Of a stretch of 64,000 nucleotides of DNA, positions 39,564-49,384 are shown one piece after another. Each line of letters begins with the position of its first letter. The stretch's first letter is position 1. Where the stretch lies: contig MFQZ01000001.1 in NCBI GenBank assembly GCA_001784435.1, positions 82,340-146,339 of the forward strand, written 5' to 3'. The notes under the pieces are model-generated. The model was not told where the DNA came from, searched no databases, and saw only the letters and a list, made by a program, of their open reading frames with translations. Origin of the DNA: Candidatus Magasanikbacteria bacterium RIFOXYC2_FULL_42_28 (GTDB taxonomy: Bacteria; Patescibacteriota; Patescibacteriia; Magasanikbacterales; GWA2-37-8). The translations under genes were made by a program, and so were the position numbers.

Positions 39564-40595
39564 TTATTTGGCGTTTAATAATAATTTTACCCAGCTGATT
39601 GTTTTGTTTAAACCGTCTTTAAAATTAAGATAATTTATTTTATTAAATTGTTTTTCATATTTATTCATATCTACCGAAACATTTTGGGGCGATCCTGGTA
39701 AACCAACGGCGGATTTCGGAAAGTTTACCGGAACATTTAAGTTAACGCCAATTTGTTTTGCTAATTCAGCGATGGTTACCGATGATACGCCGCCTACATT
39801 ATAAACTAATTCAGTTCCAGCAAATAAAATCTTAAGCATTACCGCTACCGCATCGGCCACATAACAATAAGTCCTAACTGCCTCGCCTTTATCAAGTAAT
39901 TCAATTTTGCCATTGTTTAAAGCTTTTTCAATAAAGCTAGTCATGGCTCGCTGATCGCCCGGCCTGGTGCCGGGCCCATAGGCAAGCGATAACCGGGCAA
40001 CTTTTGCCTTTACGCCTTTGCTACGGTAACTGGCGCATATCGCCTCGCCAGCACGTTTGCCTTCTATATAACAATAGCGGGGGTGATCCGTACTGACGCT
40101 ACCAATATCGCTTTCTTTAAACGGGCCTTTGGGCAGACCGCTATAAATTTCACTGCTACCAACAAACAAAAATTTTCCGTCAGTTTTTAATTTATCTAAT
40201 AAATAAAATGTTGATAAGGTATTTATTTTTAAAGTACGGGTTTGATCTTGTAAAAATTTACCCGGCTGAGCGTACCCAGCGGCATGAATTATATAATCGG
40301 CCTCAGGTAAAGATTCACAAAAATTTTGATCCGTTAAATCACCACTGATAAACTCTGCCTTGACGAGACGCAATAATTCTTGATAATACTCTACCGGCGC
40401 GCTATGAGCTATCGCAATCAACCTGGTATTTAATTTATTATTTTTTATTAAATTAATCAGGGCGGCGACAAAATACGTTCCAACCATGCCCGTTGCTCCG
40501 GAAATTAAAATTGTTTTATCGGCAAAATCAGCCGGATTCAGTTGGTTGGCAATTAATTCCGCGTCTTTTAGCAAGTATTCGGTCAATTGGTTCAT
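39564..40595 (-). CDS. NAD(P)-dependent epimerase/reductase (extended SDR; candidate 4-reductase acting after the 3-dehydratase)
   Basis: ILISGATGMVGTYF Rossmann motif. 343 aa. The function is contextual. Confidence 0.5.
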   Translation of the reverse strand: MNQLTEYLLKDAELIANQLNPADFADKTILISGATGMVGTYFVAALINLIKNNKLNTRLIAIAHSAPVEYYQELLRLVKAEFISGDLTDQNFCESLPEADYIIHAAGYAQPGKFLQDQTRTLKINTLSTFYLLDKLKTDGKFLFVGSSEIYSGLPKGPFKESDIGSVSTDHPRYCYIEGKRAGEAICASYRSKGVKAKVARLSLAYGPGTRPGDQRAMTSFIEKALNNGKIELLDKGEAVRTYCYVADAVAVMLKILFAGTELVYNVGGVSSVTIAELAKQIGVNLNVPVNFPKSAVGLPGSPQNVSVDMNKYEKQFNKINYLNFKDGLNKTISWVKLLLNAK

Positions 40596-41473
40596 AAAGC
40601 AATTAATCTCTCAACTTTTTGTTTTATATTTTCCGCAGTAAAACCCAGCTCTTTATCATGCTCTTCGGCTTTACCATAATTAGTTAAAAATTGCCGTGGC
40701 ACGCCGATTTGTTTTATTACTACCGAATTTGGATAAACTGCTTCCAAAATTTTAGGTGCCAATACGCCACTATAATAAGGCTCACAAACGATAATTTTTC
40801 CGCTCTGGCTATTTTGGCGTACTGCTTCCACGTCAAAAGGAAATACCGTGGTGTAATATAAAATAGTCACATCCAAATCTTGGCAGGCGGCCAACACCGG
40901 TTTTAACATGGAGCCAACCGCAATAACCGTGGCTAACTTGCCTTGTTTAACCAGGTGAGCTTTACCAAATTCTATATTATAACTTTGCTCATTTTGCCTT
41001 TCGCTTAAACGGAAATAAGTGGGGTGGCCGTTGGTGTATGTTTGTTTAAATAGTGTGTCGAATTCTTGAGCGGTGCTGGGCAAAATAATTTCCATGCCGG
41101 GGATATTGCTTAAAATTCCCACATCGGCCGGGCAATGGTGTGTGCAACCCAACGCGGCATAATCGTAAGAAGCGCCAACACTAATGAAATTACCGCCCAA
41201 TTTCTGATAACCAAAATCATCTTTCAGTTGTTCGTAAGCCCGTTCTACTAAAAAGGGGGCGATGGTATGCACGACCGGTATCAGTCCGCTCATCGACAGG
41301 CCGGCTGATAAACTGATCGTCGATTGCTCTAAAATGCCGATGTTGAAAACTCTTTCCGGATACAATTTAAACGCCTCCCGAAAACCCCACACTCCAATAT
41401 CACCAAGCAAAAGCACAACATTGTCATCTGTCGCTAATATCGATTGGACGGTTTTTACCAACTGTTTTCTCAT
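40592..41473 (-). CDS. transketolase, C-terminal (pyrimidine-binding + C-domain) subunit
   Basis: 293 aa following the N-terminal-subunit gene. The usual split-transketolase arrangement. Confidence 0.7.
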   Translation of the reverse strand: MRKQLVKTVQSILATDDNVVLLLGDIGVWGFREAFKLYPERVFNIGILEQSTISLSAGLSMSGLIPVVHTIAPFLVERAYEQLKDDFGYQKLGGNFISVGASYDYAALGCTHHCPADVGILSNIPGMEIILPSTAQEFDTLFKQTYTNGHPTYFRLSERQNEQSYNIEFGKAHLVKQGKLATVIAVGSMLKPVLAACQDLDVTILYYTTVFPFDVEAVRQNSQSGKIIVCEPYYSGVLAPKILEAVYPNSVVIKQIGVPRQFLTNYGKAEEHDKELGFTAENIKQKVERLIAL

Positions 41474-41475
41474 AT

Positions 41476-42267
41476 CTATTTTAAACTAGACAACGCTTCA
41501 CCCAATTCTTGGGCTGAAGGAATACGGTGATGCCACGACGGATCATTTTCCATCATTTTAACGCCATGACCTTTTATCGTATTAGCAATAATCGCCAGGG
41601 GCTCACGGGAGATAGGTGTATTTAAAGCCGCGTAAATCTCATCGTGATCGTGGCCATCAATTTCAATTGTATCCCATCCAAAATATTTAAACTTCTCGGA
41701 CAAATTATTGACCAACAACGCTCGATCGGTGGAATGGTTGCTGTCAACAATACAACACAAATTAGAAAGTTTATGGTGCGCGGCGAGCAAAGATGACTCC
41801 CAAATAGTCCCTTCGTTGGCTTCGCCATCACCAATGAGCGCGAATACCCGAGCGGGGGTATTTTTAATTCTCAAAGCCAAAGCCATGCCAACCGCCATCG
41901 GGAAACCGTGTCCTAAAGAGCCGGTAGAGGCCTCAACACCCGGGACTTTGTTTCGGTCGGGATGGCCCCCCAACAAACTATCAAAACTTCCAAAACTACG
42001 CCACACTTCGTCGCTAAAAAAATTTTTACGCGCCAATACCGCGTATAAACCAAGTGAAGCGTGGCCTTTACTCAAAATAAATCTATCCCTATTTATATCT
42101 CTGGGATTTTTAGAATCTACCTTCAATACCCGATCGTAGAGCACCCATAAAATATCTAAAACAGACAGGGCGCTTGGTATATGTCCTTCGCCTGATTTAC
42201 TTCCAATCTCCAAAATCTCACTGATCATTTTTTTAATTTCGTTTGTCGCGAGCATAATTTTACGCAA
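41476..42267 (-). CDS. transketolase, N-terminal (thiamine-diphosphate-binding) subunit
   Basis: GHIPSALSVLDILWVLY...RDRFILSKGHASLGLYAVLA and GDGEANEG ThDP motif. Confidence 0.75.
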   Translation of the reverse strand: MRKIMLATNEIKKMISEILEIGSKSGEGHIPSALSVLDILWVLYDRVLKVDSKNPRDINRDRFILSKGHASLGLYAVLARKNFFSDEVWRSFGSFDSLLGGHPDRNKVPGVEASTGSLGHGFPMAVGMALALRIKNTPARVFALIGDGEANEGTIWESSLLAAHHKLSNLCCIVDSNHSTDRALLVNNLSEKFKYFGWDTIEIDGHDHDEIYAALNTPISREPLAIIANTIKGHGVKMMENDPSWHHRIPSAQELGEALSSLK

Positions 42268-43213
42268 TCTTTTTTTTCATTTTATTTAAATCCGGCTCTT
42301 GGATATTTTCTAAATTAGCATGAATATTAAACCAATCACAAAAAGTTAATTCCCGATCGTTGCTTGCTTCACCATAGCGCAAATAGCGAAATTCTTTCAT
42401 CCGAGCATATTTATACCAATACAAATCCAAACTTTTTTCATCAACAATAATAAAATGTTCCGCCAATACCCGCCAACTATCGCGCAATGTCCACAAAAGT
42501 TGTCGGCCGATTTTTTGTAGATAACTCACGGATAAATAAACTTCCGGATAACTGGCGCTAACCTTTTTTAAATTTTTTCCTTCCTCGTCTGGCTCCGCTG
42601 AAAAATAATTCAATATATCATCAACATTACCAAATAAATTCATATCTGATACCCCATACAAACGATACTTAAAGGTATTTAAACTGACGCCGACAATTCT
42701 TTTTTTCTGCTTATAATCACCGACAACCGGAAATTTCTCTACAATATTACTCAAAAAAACTAGGGCGTTCGGATTATATATTCTTTGGTCAGTTCTAGTT
42801 TTACAAACATATTCTGCGCCTAATTGCCCGGCTTTTTTTATACCAACGAACGCGGAAATTAACTGAAAATTAACATTTTGTGCCCCCTTAACCACGGGCG
42901 GTTTATTTAAAATAATTTCAATACCCTCATTCTTTATTTTATCCACATATTCCGTTTTCTCATAATCCCAAGTAGATAAAATAATTATCGCCTCGGGAAA
43001 AATTTTTTTATACAATTTGATCGTTTCCAAAGTAAAATCTTCATCATAAACAATCGGCCCCTGAATTACGATGGCGACTTTGGAATATTTCAACGACTTG
43101 TCAGCTACAGTACCAATCTTATCTGCTCTTTTAGGACGTAAATGAAAAGTAAAAAAATACGGCAATGGTTTTTCAAATAAGTTAAATAATTTTTTAAGAA
43201 AACTCTTCAACAT
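42260..43213 (-). CDS. hypothetical protein (possible WavE-like glycan-synthesis protein)
   Basis: 317 aa. VAIVIQGPIVYDEDFT...IILSTWD. Resemblance to WavE-family proteins is tentative. Confidence 0.25.
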   Translation of the reverse strand: MLKSFLKKLFNLFEKPLPYFFTFHLRPKRADKIGTVADKSLKYSKVAIVIQGPIVYDEDFTLETIKLYKKIFPEAIIILSTWDYEKTEYVDKIKNEGIEIILNKPPVVKGAQNVNFQLISAFVGIKKAGQLGAEYVCKTRTDQRIYNPNALVFLSNIVEKFPVVGDYKQKKRIVGVSLNTFKYRLYGVSDMNLFGNVDDILNYFSAEPDEEGKNLKKVSASYPEVYLSVSYLQKIGRQLLWTLRDSWRVLAEHFIIVDEKSLDLYWYKYARMKEFRYLRYGEASNDRELTFCDWFNIHANLENIQEPDLNKMKKKIA

Positions 43214-43216
43214 ATC

Positions 43217-43657
43217 CTATTTATAATCATTCACATAATCACTGCAAATACCCAAACAGTTTGGTAACTTATCTTTAGCCAACCTTTCCCACACTACCAA
43301 AATATTTTTTCCTAAAACCAGCTTACCTGGATAAGTCCAAATATATCCTTTTGAAGTTAAGGTGTAGTCATCAGTTTGATGCCAAAAATAATTAAATCCA
43401 ACTTGCCCAGATATTAAATCCAAGACCTTTAAATTTTTGCAATGAATCCACAATTTATCTTTTTGCGCGGACAAAAATTCCGACGACGTTTTATACGTCG
43501 GCCGATCATGTCCAAGATATATTTGACCGCTATCGTCACCCCACAGATCGGTTTCCACGTCAAACCCAGCCGAAATAGCGGCCATAATATACGGTTCGCT
43601 GTTCTCCTGTTCCAAATTCGGCCCAGATAAATTGCCGCGGTGACTTATTAACAACAT
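43217..43657 (-). CDS. glycerophosphodiester-phosphodiesterase-like (GP-PDE) small protein
   Basis: N-terminal LISHRGN...PNLEQENSEPYIMAAISAGFDVETDLW matches the GP-PDE HRG...E.D motif. Only 146 aa, so possibly a truncated or minimal domain. Confidence 0.4.
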   Translation of the reverse strand: MLLISHRGNLSGPNLEQENSEPYIMAAISAGFDVETDLWGDDSGQIYLGHDRPTYKTSSEFLSAQKDKLWIHCKNLKVLDLISGQVGFNYFWHQTDDYTLTSKGYIWTYPGKLVLGKNILVVWERLAKDKLPNCLGICSDYVNDYK

Positions 43658-43665
43658 ATGGAAAA

Positions 43666-44454
43666 TTATAACTTTATTTTATTTCCTTTGCTCCATTCCA
43701 AAAAACCAGCCAAATCCTCAGGCGTACCCATACCATGCATTTTCTCGGTAGGAATATCGTAGATATAAACTTTCTTGTCAGCCAAGATCAATTCGTTATA
43801 GCAGGGGCAAACATAAAATTGACCATTAAATTTTATATCTTTATTAATCATCGCTTCGGCCGCGGCCACATAATCACTGCCGTGTTTAAAATAATACAAA
43901 CCCACCGTGGCATTATCGGAAATAACTTTTTTCTCGGCGGTTTCAAGTGCCAAGCCGACAGCGTCAACCCGCACATAACTCCATTTAGGGTGGGTGGACT
44001 TAAAAGTCATCACGAGCCCATCGCCATTATTATCCAAGGCCTTTTGCAAAAAATCATTAATCGCCACATTAATATACTGGTCAGCGTTGGCGATTAACAG
44101 GCCATCCGCGGAATCAAGATATTGTTTAGCCGCCAGCACCGTGCAGGCCTGTCCGGCTGTGGGTCCACCCAAAAGCACAACTTCAAAATTGTTATTAGTG
44201 GCGCGTTTAAAAATATTATGCAGATCATATTTTTCATAATGATCCCGCTGACAGACAAAAATAAACCGATGCGGTACTTGGGGGCGCAGATTATTCACAA
44301 CTACTTCAATCATGGTCTTGCCGTTGACATCAATAATCGGCTTCGGGAAAGAATACCCCGCCATCTCAAAACTCTTGGCTCCACCTCCCATTGGTATTAA
44401 AATGTTTAGCATAGAAAAATAATTATGGATTTTTAACCGGACAATTAGCAACAA
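43666..44454 (-). CDS. sugar-phosphate nucleotidyltransferase (GT-A/MobA-like fold)
   Basis: NILIPMGGGAKSF N-terminus and C-terminal GMGTPEDLAGFLEW typical of NTP-sugar transferases. Confidence 0.5.
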   Translation of the reverse strand: MLLIVRLKIHNYFSMLNILIPMGGGAKSFEMAGYSFPKPIIDVNGKTMIEVVVNNLRPQVPHRFIFVCQRDHYEKYDLHNIFKRATNNNFEVVLLGGPTAGQACTVLAAKQYLDSADGLLIANADQYINVAINDFLQKALDNNGDGLVMTFKSTHPKWSYVRVDAVGLALETAEKKVISDNATVGLYYFKHGSDYVAAAEAMINKDIKFNGQFYVCPCYNELILADKKVYIYDIPTEKMHGMGTPEDLAGFLEWSKGNKIKL

Positions 44455-45244
44455 AATTTTCTAAATCAGACGGCGTACCCAGACCCCACACCGTCGGCGT
44501 TAAAGCTGCTTGAAATTTATAACCATTTTCAATTAAATTTTGATACATCGGGGCGATATAAAATTCTTTTTTACCTTCGTCGCCGGTGAGTCGATTTTTC
44601 ACTATTGCATCTTCTACTTCATCAAAAAATACTTTCGCCTTGCTAAAATAATAAGCCCCAATGTTTGCGGGCGCGCCTTTTTTCATCAACTCAACATCTT
44701 TTTCTCCTACTTGAATAATTTCGTTTGTTCCGAATTTTAAAAGCGAATAACTCCAACGAGCAACGCCGTCATTAGGCGGAGTAAACACCGGAATAATTCC
44801 AGCCGTGTCAGGATTTTTATTCAAAATCAATTCGGCCAAAGCCGTGCCGTCAAAATAATGATCGGAATCAGATAATAAAATATCTTCGTCCGGAGCGCAA
44901 TATTTTTTGGCTTGATAAGCGGTTTCGGCGGCTCCTCTGGTTATTTCCGGCAAAATTATCACAGTTATTTCTTCACCATAAATATCTTTAAGCCCTCTTG
45001 ACAAGGCGTGGCCGGTTTCGTGCTCTTGTAAAATTATAAAAATCAAATCTTTGGCAGTAACTCGCAAAGAACCGCTAACCTTTTGATCTTTGTGTTCAAT
45101 AAACGGCAATGAGCCGGTGGCCCAACGCACCATCGGATAACCTTTTACATTAATAAACGGCTTGGGCTTGGCATACTCGGGATTGCGCTCGGCCTCTTTT
45201 TGAAAACGACTGCCTCGACCGGCCATTGGTATAATAACTTTCAT
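44423..45244 (-). CDS. sugar-phosphate nucleotidyltransferase (GT-A/MobA-like fold)
   Basis: MKVIIPMAGRGSRF and C-terminal WGLGTPSDLENF. Confidence 0.55.
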   Translation of the reverse strand: MKVIIPMAGRGSRFQKEAERNPEYAKPKPFINVKGYPMVRWATGSLPFIEHKDQKVSGSLRVTAKDLIFIILQEHETGHALSRGLKDIYGEEITVIILPEITRGAAETAYQAKKYCAPDEDILLSDSDHYFDGTALAELILNKNPDTAGIIPVFTPPNDGVARWSYSLLKFGTNEIIQVGEKDVELMKKGAPANIGAYYFSKAKVFFDEVEDAIVKNRLTGDEGKKEFYIAPMYQNLIENGYKFQAALTPTVWGLGTPSDLENFVANCPVKNP

Positions 45245-45252
45245 AATTAATT

Positions 45253-45594
45253 TTATTTTTTTATCAAATATTTATCACCTTTCACTGACGGCATTTTTAT
45301 CACGGTATTACTGCCACCCTCTAAACATTTAAAACTGGTTGGCTGTCCCGGTTCCAACACGACAATATCACCCGCCTTTATTTGTTGACCGCCCATTTCG
45401 TAAACACCAGAATGGATAATCGTAATTTCTGTGGCCACTTTATGAACATGCTCCGGTTCGCTATCGCCCGCCTCATAATACTTAACACACACTTCAAAGT
45501 CCTTGGTTTTAATTATACTCGGCTCAAAATCCCCGACTACCCAACCCCGAATAAAATCTGGTAATTTAAAAATTTTCATAGATTTACCCGCCAA
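45253..45594 (-). CDS. cupin-domain protein (possible sugar ketoisomerase/epimerase)
   Basis: 113 aa. PEHVHKVATEITIIHSGVYEMGG...GDIVVLEPG two-His cupin pattern. Confidence 0.4.
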   Translation of the reverse strand: MAGKSMKIFKLPDFIRGWVVGDFEPSIIKTKDFEVCVKYYEAGDSEPEHVHKVATEITIIHSGVYEMGGQQIKAGDIVVLEPGQPTSFKCLEGGSNTVIKMPSVKGDKYLIKK

Positions 45595-46201
45595 CTTCGG
45601 TTAAGTCATCAAACAAACTAATATCCACATCTTGCACGTCGCGCACCTCAATTACTTTTACTCCACTTGCCTTGGCTGACGCGATACCATGGGGGGCGTC
45701 TTCCACGGCCACGCATTCTTCCGGTCTTAAATTCATCTTTTGCAGAGCCGAGAGATATATTTCCGGATCGGGCTTGGTTTTTTTCACTTCGTCATTACCA
45801 ATAATAAAATCAAAATGATCGAAAAGTTGAGCGGATTTTAACATGTAATGCAAGGTCTCTCGGATGGAATTAGACACGCAGGCCAAAGCAAAACCGCGCC
45901 GTTTTAACTCTTTTAACATTATAATCTTGGAATAATTCGGTATGCAATATTTAGGAATAATTTCTTTGGTGTATTTCTGCTTAATATTATTGACTGTCTC
46001 CATGAGCCCAACCGGCAAACGCCCGCTCTCTTCCAACATTTGAATTTTTTTTCTGGAGGACAAACCATTAAACGAGTTGTAATGCTCCTCCAGTTCAATG
46101 GCCGCTCCGAACAGACCCAACGCCCTGTTTAAGGCCTCATAATGGCCATTGGGCATATCTACCAAAACTCCATCTAAATCAAATAAAATTGCTTTGATCA
46201 T
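45584..46201 (-). CDS. HAD-superfamily hydrolase, beta-phosphoglucomutase-like subfamily IA
   Basis: MIKAILFDLDGVLVD motif I. Motif III/IV ...KTKPDPEIY...VAVEDAPHGIASAKASG. Confidence 0.65.
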   Translation of the reverse strand: MIKAILFDLDGVLVDMPNGHYEALNRALGLFGAAIELEEHYNSFNGLSSRKKIQMLEESGRLPVGLMETVNNIKQKYTKEIIPKYCIPNYSKIIMLKELKRRGFALACVSNSIRETLHYMLKSAQLFDHFDFIIGNDEVKKTKPDPEIYLSALQKMNLRPEECVAVEDAPHGIASAKASGVKVIEVRDVQDVDISLFDDLTEVGG

Positions 46202-46205
46202 ACAT

Positions 46206-47024
46206 TTAGATCACATCCGCAAAATAACGTTCAACTTTCCTAAAATAGAAATAACCTAACAAACAATAAACCACCATGCTAATAGCCGAAATCCCCAGTA
46301 ATTGCCAATCTACCTGACCGATACCAAGAATACTAACACGCGCCGAATCAATAATGCCAGCCATCGGATTTAAACCTAAAATCCACCTGAAACGCTCACT
46401 AATTATACTAACTGGATAAATAACCGGAGTCATAAAAATTAAAAGCTGGATGAAAAACGGTAAAATAAATCTGACATCACGATATTTAACATTAAGTGAC
46501 CCGAACAATAATCCGATTCCTAGGGTTGAAAAAATTGTCATTACTACTAATACCGGAAAGAGAAAAATCCCAATTAACGAAGGGGTATAGTGATAGTAAA
46601 TTAACATCCCAACCAAAATTATACTGGCAATTACAAAATCAACAATATTGGTAATAATTGATGAAATTGGTAAAATAATTCTAGGAAAATAAATTTTTGT
46701 AACGATCCGCTCATTCTCCATAAAAGTATTACTGGCATGAGACAAACCGGAAGAGAATAATATCCAAAAAACTAGCCCGGCATAAACAAAAATGGGGTAT
46801 GGAACACCATCGGATGGCATCTTGGCGAATTTGCCAAAAAAAATAGTAAAAACAATCATGGTGACAAACGGCTGAAAAATCGCCCAAACAGCTCCGACTA
46901 CCGTTTGTTTGTATTTCACTTTAACATCACGCCAAGTTAAAAAATAAAATAAATCACGAAATAGCCAAATCTCTCGCCAATCTAATCGCCACCATTTATT
47001 TTTCGGTCGAATAATTAGTTCCAT
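46206..47024 (-). CDS. wzm: ABC-2-type polysaccharide exporter permease (Wzm/TagG-like)
   Basis: 272 aa, 6 predicted TM helices. N-terminal WRDVKVKYKQTVVGAVWAIFQPF ABC-2 signature. Confidence 0.75.
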   Translation of the reverse strand: MELIIRPKNKWWRLDWREIWLFRDLFYFLTWRDVKVKYKQTVVGAVWAIFQPFVTMIVFTIFFGKFAKMPSDGVPYPIFVYAGLVFWILFSSGLSHASNTFMENERIVTKIYFPRIILPISSIITNIVDFVIASIILVGMLIYYHYTPSLIGIFLFPVLVVMTIFSTLGIGLLFGSLNVKYRDVRFILPFFIQLLIFMTPVIYPVSIISERFRWILGLNPMAGIIDSARVSILGIGQVDWQLLGISAISMVVYCLLGYFYFRKVERYFADVI

Positions 47025-47079
47025 ATAATATACTCAAAACTTAATTTTATATTTCCACACTTAAATTAAGCGTGCGGAA

Positions 47080-47325
47080 CTACCAATTCTTTGTGACTTC
47101 GATAGTTTTACGTCTAACTTTTTGATAAAAATTTGTGGCCTTTTCGTCAACTTCGGGCGACAACATTTTAAGCAATTCATGACCAAAAATACGATACTGT
47201 TTACCAATTTTGTTGGCCTTAATTAGGCCATGCTTTAACAGGCGTTTCATAGTGCTACTGCTCACTTTTAACAATTCTTGAGCTTCTTGGGTGGTATACA
47301 CCTCATTTGGCTTAATTTCGGCCAT
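47080..47325 (-). CDS. small helix-turn-helix DNA-binding protein (excisionase/MerR-like HTH_17 family)
   Basis: 81 aa. YTTQEAQELLKVSSSTMKRLLKHGLIKANKIGKQYRI HTH. Confidence 0.55.
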   Translation of the reverse strand: MAEIKPNEVYTTQEAQELLKVSSSTMKRLLKHGLIKANKIGKQYRIFGHELLKMLSPEVDEKATNFYQKVRRKTIEVTKNW

Positions 47326-47352
47326 ATTTTAACAAAAAAATAACACCTATTC

Positions 47353-47382
47353 ATTATACCATAAGGTGTCATTGGGTGTCAA
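47353..47382 (-). promoter_or_regulatory. sigma70-like promoter of the HTH gene: TTGACA (rc 47377-47382), 18-bp spacer, TATAAT (rc 47353-47358)
   Basis: Read from the sequence. The -35 lies inside the middle GGTGTCA repeat. Confidence 0.5.
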
Positions 47383-47392
47383 AAGGTGTCAA
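47364..47392. promoter_or_regulatory. three direct repeats (A/G)GGTGTCA spaced 11 and 10 bp, plus an inverted partial copy TAACACCT at 47341-47348
   Basis: AGGTGTCA 47364-71, GGGTGTCA 47375-82, AGGTGTCA 47385-92. Helically phased. Lies between the fcl stop and the HTH gene start. Candidate operator. Confidence 0.5.
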
Positions 47393-47396
47393 AAAG

Positions 47397-47405
47397 TTAT
47401 CCACA
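47397..47405. promoter_or_regulatory. DnaA-box-like 9-mer TTATCCACA upstream of the HTH-gene promoter
   Basis: Exact 9-mer, extended context CCTGTGGATAAC on the minus strand. Confidence 0.3.
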
Positions 47406-47412
47406 GGTCGGA

Positions 47413-48384
47413 TCAACAATGATCTTGTTTTTTATACCACTCATAAGTTGCCACCACCCCCGCTCTCAACTCTATTTTTGGTTTCCAGCCCATGGCCATA
47501 ATTTTAGAAACGTCCAGTAATTTTTGCGAGGTGCCATCTGGCTTGGTTTTATCCCAAATAATTTCTCCTTCAAAGCCAACAGCGTTTTTAATTAATTCCA
47601 CTAATTCCTTAATGGTCAAATCCGTCCCAGTACCGAGGTTAACAAAGATGTGGCCTTGTTCGTTTTGGTCTTGGGTAGGATTAAAATTATTCATCAAAAA
47701 TAAACAACCATCCGCCATATCACCCACGTTTAAAAATTCGCGCCTCGGTTTTCCAGTACCCCACGCCTCCACCTCTTTAAGACCACTTACTTTCGCATCG
47801 TGAAATTTGCGAAGTAGCGCCGGTAAAACGTGCGAATTTTTTAAATCAAAATTGTCATTAACACCGTACAAATTAGTCGGCATCGCCGCGATAAAATTTG
47901 TGCCATATTGACGATTGTAACTTTGGCACATTTTTAAGCCGGCAATCTTCGCGATGGCATAGGGCTCGTTAGTTTGTTCCAGTGGACCGGTAAGCAAATA
48001 TTCTTCCTTAATTGGTTGGGAACAGGCCTTGGGATAAATACAAGAAGAGCCAAGAAATAATAATTTTTTTATTTTATTTAAATAAGCATTATGAATAATG
48101 TTGTTTTGAATTTGTAAATTTTCATAAATAAATTGCGCGTGGTAAGTGCTATTAGCCACAATACCGCCCACCCGAGCGGCCGCCAAAAAAACATACTGGG
48201 GGGGTTCGTGCGCAAAAAAATCCGCTACCGCGCGCTGATCCAGCAGGTCCAACTCCTGGTGCGTTTTTAAAACCAAATTTTTATATCCGTCGGATAGTAG
48301 TTTTCTGACAATCGCCGAGCCAACCAATCCGCGGTGGCCGGCAACATATATTTTAGAATTTTTCTCCATACTTTTCCGCTTCAC
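47413..48384 (-). CDS. fcl: GDP-L-fucose synthase (GDP-4-keto-6-deoxy-D-mannose 3,5-epimerase/4-reductase)
   Basis: [20 protein letters not shown]-terminus. 323 aa. Immediately downstream of gmd with overlapping coding. Confidence 0.8.
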   Translation of the reverse strand: MKRKSMEKNSKIYVAGHRGLVGSAIVRKLLSDGYKNLVLKTHQELDLLDQRAVADFFAHEPPQYVFLAAARVGGIVANSTYHAQFIYENLQIQNNIIHNAYLNKIKKLLFLGSSCIYPKACSQPIKEEYLLTGPLEQTNEPYAIAKIAGLKMCQSYNRQYGTNFIAAMPTNLYGVNDNFDLKNSHVLPALLRKFHDAKVSGLKEVEAWGTGKPRREFLNVGDMADGCLFLMNNFNPTQDQNEQGHIFVNLGTGTDLTIKELVELIKNAVGFEGEIIWDKTKPDGTSQKLLDVSKIMAMGWKPKIELRAGVVATYEWYKKQDHC

Positions 48385-49381
48385 ACATAATTTTAACTAA
48401 TTCTTTAAATTTTGTTTTTGGGTTCCAACCCAACTTAGTTCTGGCTTTGCTCGGGTCACCTAATAAGGAATCTACTTCTGACGGACGAAAATATTTTTCA
48501 TCAACTTCAATTAATGTTTTGCCGGTTTTTTTATCTACGCCTTTTTCTTTTAACTCTTTACCTTCCCATACCAAATCAAAACCAAAATATTTGGCCACCT
48601 CTTCGGCAAACTCACGCACGCTATGATTTTCACCAGTCGCGACTACATAATCATCGGGTTTATCTTGTTGTAACATGAGCCACATCGCTTCCACATAGTC
48701 CAACGCGTATCCCCAATCGCGTTTGGCGTCCAAATTACCCAAATACAATTTCTCTTGCTCGCCACGGGCGATTTTTGCCAATGCTTCGGTAATTTTTTTT
48801 GTGACAAATGTGCCACCCCGACGCGGACTTTCGTGATTGAACAAAATTCCATTACAAACAAACATGTTATACGCTTCGCGATAATTTACGGCGATATTGT
48901 GTGAATAAACCTTGGCGCAAGCATACGGGCTACGCGGATGAAACGTGCTATTTTCGTTCTGCGGCGGTTTAGTTGAGCCAAACATTTCTGACGAACCGGC
49001 CTGATAAAATTTCACTTTTAAACCAGAATCACGAATCGCGTCTAGCAGACGCAACGTACCCAGTCCGTCGGCATCGGCCGTATATTCGGGAATTTCAAAA
49101 CTTACTTTGACGTGGCTTTGCGCGCCTAAATTATAAATTTCATCGGGGTGGACCTTTTCTAAAATCCGATTTAAATTACTGCCGTCAGTTAAATCGCCGT
49201 AATGTAAAAATAATTTCGCACCTTTATCATGCGGGTCGCGGTAAATATGGTCAATTCGTTCGGTATTAAAACTGCTGGAACGACGGATGATACCGTGGAC
49301 TTCATATCCTTTGCCAATTAAAAATTCAGCCAGATACGAACCATCTTGGCCGGTGATACCGGTGATTAGGGCTTTTTTCAT
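48353..49381 (-). CDS. gmd: GDP-mannose 4,6-dehydratase
   Basis: [47 protein letters not shown] is near-identical to the canonical Gmd N-terminus. [15 protein letters not shown] and DWGYA blocks are present. Confidence 0.85.
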   Translation of the reverse strand: MKKALITGITGQDGSYLAEFLIGKGYEVHGIIRRSSSFNTERIDHIYRDPHDKGAKLFLHYGDLTDGSNLNRILEKVHPDEIYNLGAQSHVKVSFEIPEYTADADGLGTLRLLDAIRDSGLKVKFYQAGSSEMFGSTKPPQNENSTFHPRSPYACAKVYSHNIAVNYREAYNMFVCNGILFNHESPRRGGTFVTKKITEALAKIARGEQEKLYLGNLDAKRDWGYALDYVEAMWLMLQQDKPDDYVVATGENHSVREFAEEVAKYFGFDLVWEGKELKEKGVDKKTGKTLIEVDEKYFRPSEVDSLLGDPSKARTKLGWNPKTKFKELVKIMCEAEKYGEKF

Positions 49382-49384
49382 AAA

